A DNA stretch of 64,000 nucleotides from Alphaproteobacteria bacterium (GCA_046302855.1 JBKCHH010000005.1:26-64025), one strand, 5' to 3'; positions 18,551 to 30,227 are shown, counted from the stretch's first letter. Notes: generated by a model not told the origin, from the letters alone. A program made the numbers and translations.

Positions 18551-18994
18551 ATGAAAAAAATTATTTTATTACTTACCATTTCTGTTTTATTTTCTGCCTG
18601 TGAAAAAAATGTAAAAACGGGCTATATAATCGACCCCCTAAAGGTGGATCAAATAAAGGTGGGCAAAACAAAATCAGATACTGTAAGAAAAATTCTTGGC
18701 ACACCATCTTTTGTTTCAACCGCTAGTAATTTAGAATGGTATTATGTGGGTTCAGACCTAAAGCAAAAGCCAGTTACCAAGCCAAAGCTAACTAAAAACA
18801 CCGTGCTAATAATAAGGTTCGATAAAAAAGATGTGGTTTCCTACATTAGCGAAGAAGATAATATTAATAAGGTGCGGGATATAAAATTTGTGCAAGAATC
18901 CACCAAAACTGAAGGCAATAGCACCACCGCCGTTGAGCAGTTCTTAGGAAATTTAGGTAAGTATAACACTGCTGATGACAAAGACAGCAAGTAA
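18551..18994 (+). CDS. bamE: outer membrane protein assembly factor BamE (SmpA/OmlA lipoprotein)
   Basis: 147 aa. Lipobox LFSACE. GYIIDPLKVDQIKVGKTKSDTVRKILGTPSF. Confidence 0.7.
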   Translation: MKKIILLLTISVLFSACEKNVKTGYIIDPLKVDQIKVGKTKSDTVRKILGTPSFVSTASNLEWYYVGSDLKQKPVTKPKLTKNTVLIIRFDKKDVVSYISEEDNINKVRDIKFVQESTKTEGNSTTAVEQFLGNLGKYNTADDKDSK

Positions 18995-19008
18995 AAAATA
19001 ATTTCCCT

Positions 19009-19036
19009 CTTGAAATAATTTTTTATCATCCTAAAT
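19009..19036 (+). promoter_or_regulatory. RpoH (sigma32)-type heat-shock promoter upstream of groES
   Basis: CTTG-N17-CCTAAAT versus the alphaproteobacterial consensus CTTG-N17/18-CYTATNT (6/7 in the -10 part). About 35 nt upstream of the groES ATG. No CIRCE seen. Confidence 0.5.
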
Positions 19037-19069
19037 AGACCATCCAAACAATTAAAAGGAGAAAAAACA

Positions 19070-19369
19070 ATGTCTATAAGACCATTACATGATAGGCTTT
19101 TGGTAAAAAGGCTGGAAGAAGAAACCAAAACATCATCTGGTATTATAATTCCAGATTCTGCCAAAGAAAAACCAACTAAAGGCAAGGTGGTTGCCATTGG
19201 GCATGGTTATAGAAATGAAGAAACTGGCAAATTTACCCCGCTTGATGTTAAGGTGGGTGATGTAATTCTGTTTGCTAAATGGGGTGGCACAGAAGTAAAA
19301 TATAATGGCGAAGAATTGCTTATCTTAAAAGAAAGCGATGTTCTAGCTGTTGTTGATGAGAAGAAATAA
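19070..19369 (+). CDS. groES: co-chaperonin GroES
   Basis: 99 aa. [33 protein letters not shown]. Confidence 0.95.
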   Translation: MSIRPLHDRLLVKRLEEETKTSSGIIIPDSAKEKPTKGKVVAIGHGYRNEETGKFTPLDVKVGDVILFAKWGGTEVKYNGEELLILKESDVLAVVDEKK

Positions 19370-21064
<1,695 letters not shown>

Positions 21065-21073
21065 TCGCTAACA

Positions 21074-21290
21074 GTCATGAGCCGAGGGAGTCTCGCTGAA
21101 GCGATAGCGGAAGCAGACGACGCGGCAATCCAGACTAGCCTTCACCGTCATTGCGAGAAGTCTCGCTGAAGCGATAGCGGAAGCAGACGACGCGGCAATC
21201 CAGTTTATAAATACAATATTTTAGAATTTCTTTTTGAACTTTATTTACTGGATTGCTTCTGCACGAGCCTTGCTCTGCTAAGCTCATGAC
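21074..21290. repeat. composite type B palindromic element with tandemly duplicated left arm
   Basis: Left arm ...agtctcgctgaagcgatagcggaagcagacgacgcggcaatccag occurs twice (21074..21133 and 21147..21203). Outer termini are gtcatgagc / gctcatgac. Core ctggattgc. Confidence 0.8.
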
Positions 21291-21321
21291 GATCTATATT
21301 TAGCAAACACTTCTAACCCTC

Positions 21322-23475
21322 CTACTTCACCATTTTTCGAACAACATTTCTGGTGCCTTCGCCTATTTTGTTGCCTATTTGTTCGTTATCACCGGTAATT
21401 ATTTTGCCGACACTCTCTATACTTGCAATCTTACCGCCAAAGCCGAAAGATTGCCACAGGTTCACCATATTCTGTAGCAGGGCAAAAACAAAATATAGGC
21501 TAGCTAAAAACACTAGGAAGTAGCTAAATACATCGCTCCATTCTAAACGAACGCCACCCTCCTCTACATTCCCTTCGGTTGTTAACACTGGCACAAACAA
21601 GGTAAAGGTGCTAGCACCAGTAGTAGTAGCACTAGAAGAAGAGGCTACGCTAGATCCTGCACCCCCACCACCACCTTTATTATTAAGCACAGCCCCTGTA
21701 ATGCAATTTCCTATAGGGTTTACAGCCCCGCCCCCAGTTGGGTAACATTCAAAGTGTAAATGCACACCTGTACTTCTACCCGTAGTTCCCATATCTGCTA
21801 TTCTTGCCCCAGCCTCTACTATATCGCCCCTTTCCACTAAAAATTTATTTAAGTGAAGATACCTAGTGAAACCACCGTTACAATCCCACACTTCTAGTTC
21901 ATTACCCGCCTTAGAACCGGGGTAATCAGGAACAAGCCTATTAACTATACCGTAAACATTAGCACAAACTGGTGAACCTTTGTCCCAGGCAAGATCTATT
22001 CCCCAATGCATTCTACCCCATCTCCAGCCATAGCCTGAAGTAAATACATGGAAAGGAGCTGGATGGCACCTATCGCTAACAGCAAATCCCTTAGTCTTTG
22101 TTGCATCTGGATTGCAATCGGTAATTCTGCATCCTGGACCAGCCTTACCGCTACCAGGCGAGCCATTACAAGTAGCCAAAAATTTCTGTTTTTCAGCCTG
22201 ACTCAATCCCCCACCGCCACCATAGGCACCACTTGAAGTGGCACTGGATGATTGGTCTGAATTTTGTGTTTTGCCCCCAAGGATAGATTTTTTATCTATC
22301 TTACCTCCATTTATTACCGTCCAAGCATCACACAGGTTTTTACTACTTTTGTCTAATATATTGAAAGAAAAGAATAAAACCCCAACATAAATACCAAAAA
22401 ATAAGGCATTGCCAAATATTACTATGGTTAGCGTATTAAGCATTTTTCTAAATTTTTTGAAAATGGAAAGGGGGCCAAACAATGGGAGCAAAAGAATGGT
22501 GAGCAGAAACAATAGACTTGTTCCCACATAGATAAAAAATATGTTGATGGTAAGGCGAATTATATACCAGATAATCATTATTAGTATCAAAGCTAAGGCT
22601 AAGCCAAAGCCAAAGGAAAAAAACAGCACTATAAAGAAGGTGATTATTTTAAACTCTTTTGAAAAGGCTAATTGGTATAAGTTAAAACCACTCGCACAGG
22701 CTCCCTCGCCAGAAAAGATAACCAAGCCAAAAACACGCATTATAATGGTGCTTAGTTTTTTAAATACCACCAACAAAACCCCATCTTGCGAACTGGCATA
22801 ATAGGTGGGGTCATAGGCTTGTGAGGCACTAATTGCAATCCCTTCCCCTATTCCCCTTATGAACTTCATTAACTCTTCTACATTATCTATATTAATGGTG
22901 GCAAAGGCGAAAGAGGCGTAAAAAACGGTGGTGAAGAATTCTGATACTGGATTTTCTATTAAACCTAGTGAAAGCCTATAACCAAATAGAAAAATAAAAA
23001 CTATTACTATAGAGTAGCTAAGTGTTTTAATAAAATCATCCTCGAAAATTATCTTTCTTACCTCCTCCATATTTCTTGTTGCCTCATAGATTATACAATG
23101 GGCAATTTTTCCTAAAAAGGGGTCGTAATAGGCAATATTATTTTCATCACCACATTTCATACTATCACCCGCCAAAGACCAGTTTAGGGCAGTATTGCCA
23201 GTGCAATCTGCATAGGCTATAAGGTTTTTTTCATTAGCCTCGTTTAGGGCTTTTATTTTAGCTTGAATGGAAACAAGTAGCGATTGGTTATTGTTCTGCC
23301 TAGCTATGTCTTGTTGCTTGGCATAATCTTCCATTGTTTTAGCATAGGCCGTCATATCCGCCTTTGCCTTATTACATTGTTCTGGAGTGGGAGGGGTGGT
23401 GGCACCAAACCCAAAACTTGGCATTAAAACCAGCAGCAAGCATAACAGTATATATTTTATAGAAGCTCTTATCAT
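21322..23475 (-). CDS. polytopic membrane protein with embedded M23 (LytM-type) metallopeptidase domain
   Basis: 717 aa. Signal peptide, then at least six hydrophobic spans (residues about 150-380). Gly/Ser linkers. M23 motifs HWGIDLA (HxxxD) and GVHLHFE (HxH). A further C-terminal TM segment. Confidence 0.75.
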   Translation of the reverse strand: MIRASIKYILLCLLLVLMPSFGFGATTPPTPEQCNKAKADMTAYAKTMEDYAKQQDIARQNNNQSLLVSIQAKIKALNEANEKNLIAYADCTGNTALNWSLAGDSMKCGDENNIAYYDPFLGKIAHCIIYEATRNMEEVRKIIFEDDFIKTLSYSIVIVFIFLFGYRLSLGLIENPVSEFFTTVFYASFAFATINIDNVEELMKFIRGIGEGIAISASQAYDPTYYASSQDGVLLVVFKKLSTIIMRVFGLVIFSGEGACASGFNLYQLAFSKEFKIITFFIVLFFSFGFGLALALILIMIIWYIIRLTINIFFIYVGTSLLFLLTILLLPLFGPLSIFKKFRKMLNTLTIVIFGNALFFGIYVGVLFFSFNILDKSSKNLCDAWTVINGGKIDKKSILGGKTQNSDQSSSATSSGAYGGGGGLSQAEKQKFLATCNGSPGSGKAGPGCRITDCNPDATKTKGFAVSDRCHPAPFHVFTSGYGWRWGRMHWGIDLAWDKGSPVCANVYGIVNRLVPDYPGSKAGNELEVWDCNGGFTRYLHLNKFLVERGDIVEAGARIADMGTTGRSTGVHLHFECYPTGGGAVNPIGNCITGAVLNNKGGGGGAGSSVASSSSATTTGASTFTLFVPVLTTEGNVEEGGVRLEWSDVFSYFLVFLASLYFVFALLQNMVNLWQSFGFGGKIASIESVGKIITGDNEQIGNKIGEGTRNVVRKMVK

Positions 23476-23705
23476 TGGCCAAAATCTATAATAAAAAGAA
23501 TAACTACCTGAATTTATAGCAGTTTTTTATGAATAAATTATTATAAAGCTATAGAATCTTAAAGTTTTTTATCACTTCTTTTCTTCGCTGTAAAGGTTTA
23601 GGATATGTAGTGGTTTTTAGTAAGGGGAATAAAAGCAAACAATCGTAATTGATGTAAAGGTGTAATGCCAATAAGTATAAATAAGTATCCAAATCTAGGT
23701 ATATC

Positions 23706-23834
23706 GTCATTGCGATGAGCTTTAGCGAAGAAGCAATCCATAAACAAGGTAGAGCTTGGGTATCAGATATTTTTTCAAGAAAAACCATTTTTGTGGATTG
23801 CCACACTTCGAGCAAAGCTCTCGTTCGCAATGAC
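23706..23834. repeat. palindromic MITE/RPE-like element, type A
   Basis: gtcattgcgatgag...caatccataaacaaggtagagcttgg...gtggattgccacacttcgagcaaagctctcgttcgcaatgac. Confidence 0.9.
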
Positions 23835-23841
23835 GATTTCT

Positions 23842-23886
23842 AAAAAAAAGGCGAACCCTAAACATTGTATGTTTAAAGCCCGCCCT
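23842..23886 (-). terminator. probable Rho-independent terminator after the phasin-like gene
   Basis: On the minus strand, an imperfect stem (ggcg...aaacat-aca-atgttt...cgcc) is followed by a T8 run. Confidence 0.45.
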
Positions 23887-23909
23887 TATTCAAAAATTAT
23901 CAGCAATAA

Positions 23910-24503
23910 TTAGTTGCTTTTTTTAGCAGAAGACTCAGCCTTTTTTGCAGCAGAGCTTGCACCATTGCTAGCAGCAGAATAGCCATTTTGTAAATTGCTA
24001 AAGCTACTTTGAGCCTGTTTGAAGAACTCAGAAATTAACTGAGAAAAATCATTAGCAGACTGAGACGCTTGCTTAGAAAGGCTTTCTAAAACTTGGTTAT
24101 TAGCTTGAGCCACTTTCGCACCAATGCTACTAACATCGTTAGCTAGTTTTTCAGAAGATTGTTGAAATGTTCTAGAAACAATTGCGGCAGCTTCTCTTGG
24201 GTTTTTTGAAGCAACTATTTCTTTAAAGGCATTTAAACCTTCATCGGCATTAGCTTGCAAAGTTTTTGCAATTTGATTAAAATTGTTTTGGCTGTTTTCA
24301 ACCACTACTTCCATAGCTTCTTGAGCAGTTGCAACATTTTGCTTTAAGAACTCTTGAGCCTTTTGTTGAAAAGCGTTATTCTTGCTAGAATTTTGTGCTT
24401 GGCTGAAAAAACCCTGCACATTATCTTGCCAAGATTGGTAGTTATTTTGGAACTGTTCTTGAAAATTTTTTCCAAAACTAAAAATATCATTGTAGTTAGC
24501 CAT
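23910..24503 (-). CDS. phasin-like (PHA granule-associated) protein, tentative
   Basis: 197 aa. Helical, Q/N/A/S-rich, no Cys or Trp-rich core. Composition and Ala/Lys-rich C-terminus resemble phasins. phbB is present in the window. Confidence 0.45.
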   Translation of the reverse strand: MANYNDIFSFGKNFQEQFQNNYQSWQDNVQGFFSQAQNSSKNNAFQQKAQEFLKQNVATAQEAMEVVVENSQNNFNQIAKTLQANADEGLNAFKEIVASKNPREAAAIVSRTFQQSSEKLANDVSSIGAKVAQANNQVLESLSKQASQSANDFSQLISEFFKQAQSSFSNLQNGYSAASNGASSAAKKAESSAKKSN

Positions 24504-24606
24504 TTTTCCCCCTATTTAGGTGTTAAAGTTTACTCTAACATTATATAGGCTTAAACTTCTATGGAGTCAAGAATTATTTTGTGCAATGCAAAAAATATAA
24601 AGAGAT

Positions 24607-25203
24607 ATGCGTATAAGTAGTGGGCTTTTAAAAGGAAGGAAAATCTCTTCCAAACTGCCGAATAACAAAGAACTAGAAGGCTTTCGCCCAACTTCTGGTA
24701 AGGTAAAACAGGCTATTTTTAACATAATAATTCACAACCAAAATTTTCCTGATAGGTTTTTACAAAGTGCAAATGTGCTAGATTTATGCTGTGGCACAGG
24801 CTCACTTGGTATAGAGGCAATTTCACGCGGGGCGTTAGGTGCCACCTTTATTGATAATAATATTGAAATTCTAAAATTAGCTGAAAAAAATGTGGCCCAT
24901 TTAGGGGCAGATTACGCTAAAAAAGCCAAGTTTTTACGCATGGACGCCTTTGAAATTCCACCCAAAAAGCCCACCCAAGCTGGGTTTGATTTAATTTTTT
25001 TAGACCCGCCCTATAAAGAGCCTAAAACCTATATTCTGCCTAACCTTATGGTTGATACTGGCTGGCTAAATAAAAATGGTTTTATAGTTTTAGAAACCAA
25101 TAAAAGTTTTGAGATAAAAGAATTAAGCCCCAAATTAAAACTGCTGATTGAGAAAAAATACAATAACACTAAGGTGTTTATTTTTGGGTATAATCTTCTC
25201 TAA
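24607..25203 (+). CDS. rsmD: 16S rRNA (guanine966-N2)-methyltransferase RsmD
   Basis: 198 aa. RPTSGKVKQAIFNI, LDLCCGTGSLGIEAISRGA, IFLDPPY. Confidence 0.85.
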   Translation: MRISSGLLKGRKISSKLPNNKELEGFRPTSGKVKQAIFNIIIHNQNFPDRFLQSANVLDLCCGTGSLGIEAISRGALGATFIDNNIEILKLAEKNVAHLGADYAKKAKFLRMDAFEIPPKKPTQAGFDLIFLDPPYKEPKTYILPNLMVDTGWLNKNGFIVLETNKSFEIKELSPKLKLLIEKKYNNTKVFIFGYNLL

Positions 25204-25720
25204 CATAAACTGGCTCTATGTTATTGGTGGTAAGATGTTGAAACTTATGATAAAAACTTATCATATCTTTGGCTGAGAAATCTATTTCATCAAATTCATT
25301 TGCATCTTTTAATGTTATTTCGCTGATTGCCTTCAAATTCTTATCAAATTTTTGATGAAAAATTTGCCCCCTTTTGGCATCTTGCTTTATTTCTATTGGG
25401 TTTAGCCCATCGTATAATTTGAATGCCAAAAGTTGTGTTGAGGTTATTCCTATCAACTGGGTATTCATAGCCAGCCTAAAGCCTATGGCGGTTGAAATGG
25501 CAATTCTAATTCCGGTAAAGGTTCCGGGGCCTAAATTTACTAGAAGTGTTTTAATATCTTGGTGCTTTAGATTAGTTTTTTTTATTAACTGATTGATTTT
25601 TAACATCAAAACTTTGGAGGTATTTTCTTTTATTGCAGAATCTGCATCTTCAATAACCTCGCCATTATTTTCTATAGCTACTGAATAAATAGAATGGGCG
25701 GTGTTAATGGCTAGGAGCAT
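25178..25720 (-). CDS. tsaB: tRNA t6A37 biosynthesis protein TsaB
   Basis: 180 aa. LVNLGPGTFTGIRIAISTAIG. Starts 42 nt after the rplO stop, in the position normally held by secY. Confidence 0.75.
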   Translation of the reverse strand: MLLAINTAHSIYSVAIENNGEVIEDADSAIKENTSKVLMLKINQLIKKTNLKHQDIKTLLVNLGPGTFTGIRIAISTAIGFRLAMNTQLIGITSTQLLAFKLYDGLNPIEIKQDAKRGQIFHQKFDKNLKAISEITLKDANEFDEIDFSAKDMISFYHKFQHLTTNNIEPVYVREDYTQK

Positions 25721-25762
25721 AAACTTCTTCTAATGAACCTAATAAGATTAACAACCAATAAA

Positions 25763-26248
25763 CTATCCAACCAAGGTTTCTTTTGGCAGTTCCACTAGAA
25801 CACCGGCTGATTTTAAAGTATCGATAGCCTTTTGAGAAGCGTTATCTACCTTAATGGTGAACTTTGTTTTGCTTTTTATTTCGCCACGGGCAAGCAGTTT
25901 AATGCCATCTTTATTATTAGCCACAAGACCTAGCTTTTCTAAGCGAGTAGAATCTAAAGTATCCCCTGCTTTTATTCTACCAGATTCAAGCAGACGATTT
26001 AAATCATCTAGGTTGATTACTTCAAATTCTTTGCGATTATAATTGTAGAAGCCCCTTTTTGGTAAACGGCGGTGAATTGGCATTTGCCCACCTTCAAAAC
26101 CATTTATGGCAACGCCACTTCTTCCCTTTTGACCCTTACCACCACTTCCGCAAGTTTTACCTTTGCCAGAACCAATGCCACGCCCTACCCTTTTAAATTT
26201 TTTGTTAGAGCCTTCGGGTAATCTTATTTCATTTATTGCTAATCCCAT
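25763..26248 (-). CDS. rplO: 50S ribosomal protein L15
   Basis: 161 aa. KRVGRGIGSGKGKTCGSGGKGQKGRSG. Operon position. Confidence 0.95.
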   Translation of the reverse strand: MGLAINEIRLPEGSNKKFKRVGRGIGSGKGKTCGSGGKGQKGRSGVAINGFEGGQMPIHRRLPKRGFYNYNRKEFEVINLDDLNRLLESGRIKAGDTLDSTRLEKLGLVANNKDGIKLLARGEIKSKTKFTIKVDNASQKAIDTLKSAGVLVELPKETLVG

Positions 26249-26267
26249 AATTTTTACCTTTTTTAAG

Positions 26268-26576
26268 TTATTTTACCACTTCTAGCAGATGCTTTACCTT
26301 TTCTATCATCCCTCTAATACAAGGATTATCAGGAAGGGTTTTAGTTCTACCAATTTTATTTAAGCCAAGACCTTCTAAAACATAGGTTTGGCGAATGTTT
26401 CTTCTAGCTGCACTTCTAATTTGCTTTATAGTTACCGTTTCCCCAGTGTGAACTTTTTTAGTTGCCTTGACATCAGGTTTTACAGATGTTTTTATGGCTG
26501 GCTTTACAACCTTCTTCTCAGCCTTCTTTTCAACTTTTGTTTCAAGGGGTTTTTTATTTAAAGATTTTTCTGTCAT
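26268..26576 (-). CDS. rpmD: 50S ribosomal protein L30 with Lys-rich N-terminal extension
   Basis: 102 aa. uL30 core VTIKQIRSAARRNIRQTYVLEGLGLNKIGRT is preceded by about 40 Lys-rich residues. Confidence 0.9.
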   Translation of the reverse strand: MTEKSLNKKPLETKVEKKAEKKVVKPAIKTSVKPDVKATKKVHTGETVTIKQIRSAARRNIRQTYVLEGLGLNKIGRTKTLPDNPCIRGMIEKVKHLLEVVK

Positions 26577-26594
26577 AATTTTTGCCTCTATTTT

Positions 26595-27272
26595 TTATGC
26601 TTTTCTTTGAGCTAGAATTTCAGTAACCGCCTTGCCTCTTCTTAAAGCCACTAGTTTTGGCGGGTTAATTGATTTCAAAGCCTTAAATACTGAATATATC
26701 ATATTGAAAGAATTAGAAGATCTGGTTGATTTTACTACAACATCTTTTACTCCCAAAGCATCAAACACTGGGCGAAGTGGCCCACCTGCAATTACGCCCG
26801 TTCCAGACGGAGCAGAGCGAAGAACAACTCTACCAGCCCCTACTTTACAGGTTATATCGTGGTGAATGGTTCTGCCTTCTTTTAATGAAACCTTAAACAT
26901 CGATTTTTTTGCAAGCTGAGTGGCTTTTATTTTTGCGTCCATAACCTCTTTAGCCTTACCCTTACCAAACCCTACCCTACCCTTGCCATCACCTACTATT
27001 ACTAAGGCTGTGAAGCTAAATCTTCTACCACCCTTTACTGTTTTAGAGGTTCTATTTACCGCTACCAACCAATCTTTTAAACCATCATCTTCCCTATCAT
27101 CACCATCTCTTCTGCCTCTTTTTTGTTTTTTTGAAGCAAATTTATCGGCGTCGAAAGATTGTTTGGCAGCCTCATTTGCAGCCACTTCTTCAATAGCTTC
27201 CGCAGTGAAAAGCTCAGCAACTTCCCCTTCCGCTAGATTTTCAGTTTCGATTAAGTTTTTTTCTTCTACCAT
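26595..27272 (-). CDS. rpsE: 30S ribosomal protein S5 with acidic N-terminal extension
   Basis: 225 aa. Core VAVNRTSKTVKGGRRFSFTALVIVGDGKGRVGFG, with about 55 aa of Glu/Ala/Asp-rich leader. Confidence 0.95.
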   Translation of the reverse strand: MVEEKNLIETENLAEGEVAELFTAEAIEEVAANEAAKQSFDADKFASKKQKRGRRDGDDREDDGLKDWLVAVNRTSKTVKGGRRFSFTALVIVGDGKGRVGFGKGKAKEVMDAKIKATQLAKKSMFKVSLKEGRTIHHDITCKVGAGRVVLRSAPSGTGVIAGGPLRPVFDALGVKDVVVKSTRSSNSFNMIYSVFKALKSINPPKLVALRRGKAVTEILAQRKA

Positions 27273-27289
27273 TTTTCCTCTTTTTTATA

Positions 27290-27655
27290 TTAGAATTTTA
27301 AGCCTGATTTTCTAGCACCTTCCGCCAAGGCCTTAACTTTGCCGTGAAACAGATATGCACCCTTATCAAACAATACTTCTTTTACACCCCTTTCAAGTGC
27401 TTTTTTTGCAACCACTTCACCCACTTTTTTAGCAGATTCTATAGTAAAGCCCTTTAAGGAGTCTCTAATTTCTTTAGTTTTAGTAGAGGCGGCAGCTAGT
27501 GTTACGCCCTTTTCATCATCAATTACTTGAGCATAAATATGCTGGTTAGAACGAAAAACGCTAAGGCGAGGCTTGCCATAAGCTACTTTTTTTAGCTTAA
27601 AGCGAACCCTTCTGGCTCTGTTAATTGTATTTTCTTTCTTTTTATTCTTAAACAT
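27290..27655 (-). CDS. rplR: 50S ribosomal protein L18
   Basis: 121 aa. [18 protein letters not shown]. Operon position. Confidence 0.95.
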   Translation of the reverse strand: MFKNKKKENTINRARRVRFKLKKVAYGKPRLSVFRSNQHIYAQVIDDEKGVTLAAASTKTKEIRDSLKGFTIESAKKVGEVVAKKALERGVKEVLFDKGAYLFHGKVKALAEGARKSGLKF

Positions 27656-27672
27656 AATTTTTATTTTAAATG

Positions 27673-28206
27673 TTATTTCTTTTTACCTTCTTTGATTCTT
27701 ACATATTCACCAACATAGCGAATTCCTTTGCCCTTATAAACTTCTGGCACTTTTATTTTTCTAATTTGCGAAGCAATTAAACCAACCTCTTGTGGGTTAG
27801 CACCTTCAATAACCAATTCAGTTGGCTTTGGAGTGGTAATTTTAACTGTTTTTGGGAATTCATATTCAACTGGATGGCTAAAACCAACATTTAAAATCAG
27901 TTTATGCCCTGCAACCGAAGCCTTATAACCAACCCCCTGTAATAGCATTTCAATTTTTACGCCATTAGTAACGCCAGTAATTGCACCTTGAATTACGCTC
28001 CTGCCGGTTCCCCAGAAGGCTTTATCTTGCACCTTATCATGCAATGGCAAAACATTAATTTTATTACCAGCAATATTTACCTTGATATTTTTAGGCAATC
28101 TAACCCTAGCTTCACCTTTTGGACCCTTGGCAATAAAAAATTCGTTTTCAAGACGAACTTGAACATTAGAGCCAAACTCCACTTCTTTTGCACCTACTCT
28201 AGACAT
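27673..28206 (-). CDS. rplF: 50S ribosomal protein L6
   Basis: 177 aa. [11 protein letters not shown]...GVGYKA. Operon position. Confidence 0.95.
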   Translation of the reverse strand: MSRVGAKEVEFGSNVQVRLENEFFIAKGPKGEARVRLPKNIKVNIAGNKINVLPLHDKVQDKAFWGTGRSVIQGAITGVTNGVKIEMLLQGVGYKASVAGHKLILNVGFSHPVEYEFPKTVKITTPKPTELVIEGANPQEVGLIASQIRKIKVPEVYKGKGIRYVGEYVRIKEGKKK

Positions 28207-28238
28207 TTTTTCCTCAAAAATATTTTATAAGTTATTAA

Positions 28239-28634
28239 TTAAAATATACTGCAAATTATTTCTCCACCTAAATTCTGCTCTCTGGCCTTATAATCAGCCA
28301 TTACACCTTTAGAAGTTGAAACAATCGCTATACCTAAACCATTACGCACCTTTGGCAACTTATCTTTAGTTGAATAGATGCGAACACCTGGTTTAGAAAT
28401 TCTTTTTATATCTTGAATAACGGCATCGTTATTATAGTAAGAAAGGGTTATTTTCAAAACTTTTTTGTTTTTACCCACTTCTTCTTCAACGAAATCTTTT
28501 ATAAAACCTTCTTCTTTAAGCACTTGCAAAACATCTTTTTTGAATTTTGATGATGGGCTACTTACATAAGCAAGCCTTGCATGCTGACCATTTCTAATGG
28601 TGGTTAATACATCTGCTATTGGATCTGTTAACAT
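28239..28634 (-). CDS. rpsH: 30S ribosomal protein S8
   Basis: 131 aa. MLTDPIADVLTTIRNG. Confidence 0.95.
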   Translation of the reverse strand: MLTDPIADVLTTIRNGQHARLAYVSSPSSKFKKDVLQVLKEEGFIKDFVEEEVGKNKKVLKITLSYYNNDAVIQDIKRISKPGVRIYSTKDKLPKVRNGLGIAIVSTSKGVMADYKAREQNLGGEIICSIF

Positions 28635-28643
28635 ATATTTCCT

Positions 28644-28949
28644 CTACCAACTTGATTTTGTTAAACCGGGAATTTCGCCTTTATTGGCAAGATCCCTTAA
28701 TGCTAGCCTACAAATGCCAAACTTACGGTAGTAAGCCCTTGATCTGCCAGTTAATTCGCATCTATTTCTTATTCTGGTTTTTGCTCCATTTCTAGGCAAA
28801 TCAGCTAATTTCATTACTAGATCAAACCTTTCTTCCATAGGAAGTTTTTTGTCGTAAATTTTTTCCTTCAATGCCAAGCGTTTTTTCTCAAACTTTTTTG
28901 ACAGTCTGATTCTTTTTTTGTTATTATTTATTGTGCTTTGTTTTGCCAT
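28644..28949 (-). CDS. rpsN: 30S ribosomal protein S14
   Basis: 101 aa. [41 protein letters not shown]. Confidence 0.95.
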   Translation of the reverse strand: MAKQSTINNNKKRIRLSKKFEKKRLALKEKIYDKKLPMEERFDLVMKLADLPRNGAKTRIRNRCELTGRSRAYYRKFGICRLALRDLANKGEIPGLTKSSW

Positions 28950-28957
28950 ATTTTTTA

Positions 28958-29518
28958 TTAGTTGAGGAATGGAAAGTTAAATGCTTCTAATAATGCCCTT
29001 GCTTCAACATCATTTTTAGCGGTTGTTACAATACTAATATCTAAACCACGAATAGCACTTACATTTTCGTATGAAATTTCAGGGAACACAATCTGCTCTT
29101 TAATGCCAAGGGAATAATTGCCCTTACCATCAAAACTTTTGCCATTTAGACCCCTAAAATCTCTAATTCTTGGCATAGCGATATTTACTAGCCTATCTAA
29201 AAATTCATACATTCTGGCCTTTCTTAAGGTAACAGCACAGCCAATTGGCATGCCCTGCCTTAATTTGTAGGTGGCGATTGATTTTTTGGCTAATTTTACC
29301 TGTGGTTTTTGCCCTGCAATTGCAGTTACATCTGCCACGGCTAGATCTACTACTTTTTTATCTTTCACAGCTTCAGAGCCGACACCCATATTGATGGATA
29401 TTTTTTTGATACGAGGAACCTGCATAAGGTTAGTATAACCAAACTGCTCGGATAGTTTCTTTACCACCTCAGTATCGTAGAATTCTTGTAATCTTGCTTT
29501 ATATGCTGTTTTTTTCAT
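28958..29518 (-). CDS. rplE: 50S ribosomal protein L5
   Basis: 186 aa. [18 protein letters not shown]. Operon position. Confidence 0.95.
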   Translation of the reverse strand: MKKTAYKARLQEFYDTEVVKKLSEQFGYTNLMQVPRIKKISINMGVGSEAVKDKKVVDLAVADVTAIAGQKPQVKLAKKSIATYKLRQGMPIGCAVTLRKARMYEFLDRLVNIAMPRIRDFRGLNGKSFDGKGNYSLGIKEQIVFPEISYENVSAIRGLDISIVTTAKNDVEARALLEAFNFPFLN

Positions 29519-29526
29519 AAATTTTA

Positions 29527-29850
29527 TTAGTCAATTATTTCTCCAGAAAGTTTAGCGAAGCGAACTTTTTTACCATCTTCTAGAATTTTATAGCCAATTT
29601 TAGTTGGCTTTTCTTCTTTAGGATCAAGATATGCAACATTAGAAATAGCAATTGGCATTTCTTTTGAAATTACGCCACCTTGTGTTTTCATAGATGGTTT
29701 AGAATGCCTTTTTACTTGATTCACACCCTCTACTAGTAGCTTTCTTTCTTCCTTGATAACCTTTAGAACAATTCCTTGCTTGCCCTTATCTTTACCAGCA
29801 ATAACTATTACCTTATCGTTCTTTTTTAGTCTTAATTTTATATTACTCAT
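29527..29850 (-). CDS. rplX: 50S ribosomal protein L24
   Basis: 107 aa. [21 protein letters not shown] motif. Confidence 0.95.
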   Translation of the reverse strand: MSNIKLRLKKNDKVIVIAGKDKGKQGIVLKVIKEERKLLVEGVNQVKRHSKPSMKTQGGVISKEMPIAISNVAYLDPKEEKPTKIGYKILEDGKKVRFAKLSGEIID

Positions 29851-29853
29851 AAT

Positions 29854-30222
29854 TTATAGCACCTCTGGGGCAAGGGAAAGAATTTTCATAAACCCTTTGC
29901 TTCTTAGCTCTCTTGGAACTGGGCCAAAAACCCTAGTGCCAATTGGTTCATTTTGTTTATTTAAAAGAACGGCGGCATTAGTATCAAACTTTACCGTTGA
30001 GCCATCTTTTCTTCTAATTTCTTTCTTGGTTCTAACCACTAAAGCACGGTAAACATCACCCTTATTCACTTTAGTTTTAGGAAGAGCCTGCTGAACAGAA
30101 ACTATAATTATATCGCCGATGCCACCGGTCATTTTTCTAAAGCCACCAAGCACACGGAAGCACTTAACCTTTTTAGCACCGCTGTTATCTGCCACTTCAA
30201 GAACGGTTTCTGAATTTATCAT
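29854..30222 (-). CDS. rplN: 50S ribosomal protein L14
   Basis: 122 aa. [18 protein letters not shown]. Confidence 0.95.
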   Translation of the reverse strand: MINSETVLEVADNSGAKKVKCFRVLGGFRKMTGGIGDIIIVSVQQALPKTKVNKGDVYRALVVRTKKEIRRKDGSTVKFDTNAAVLLNKQNEPIGTRVFGPVPRELRSKGFMKILSLAPEVL

Positions 30223-30227
30223 AATAA

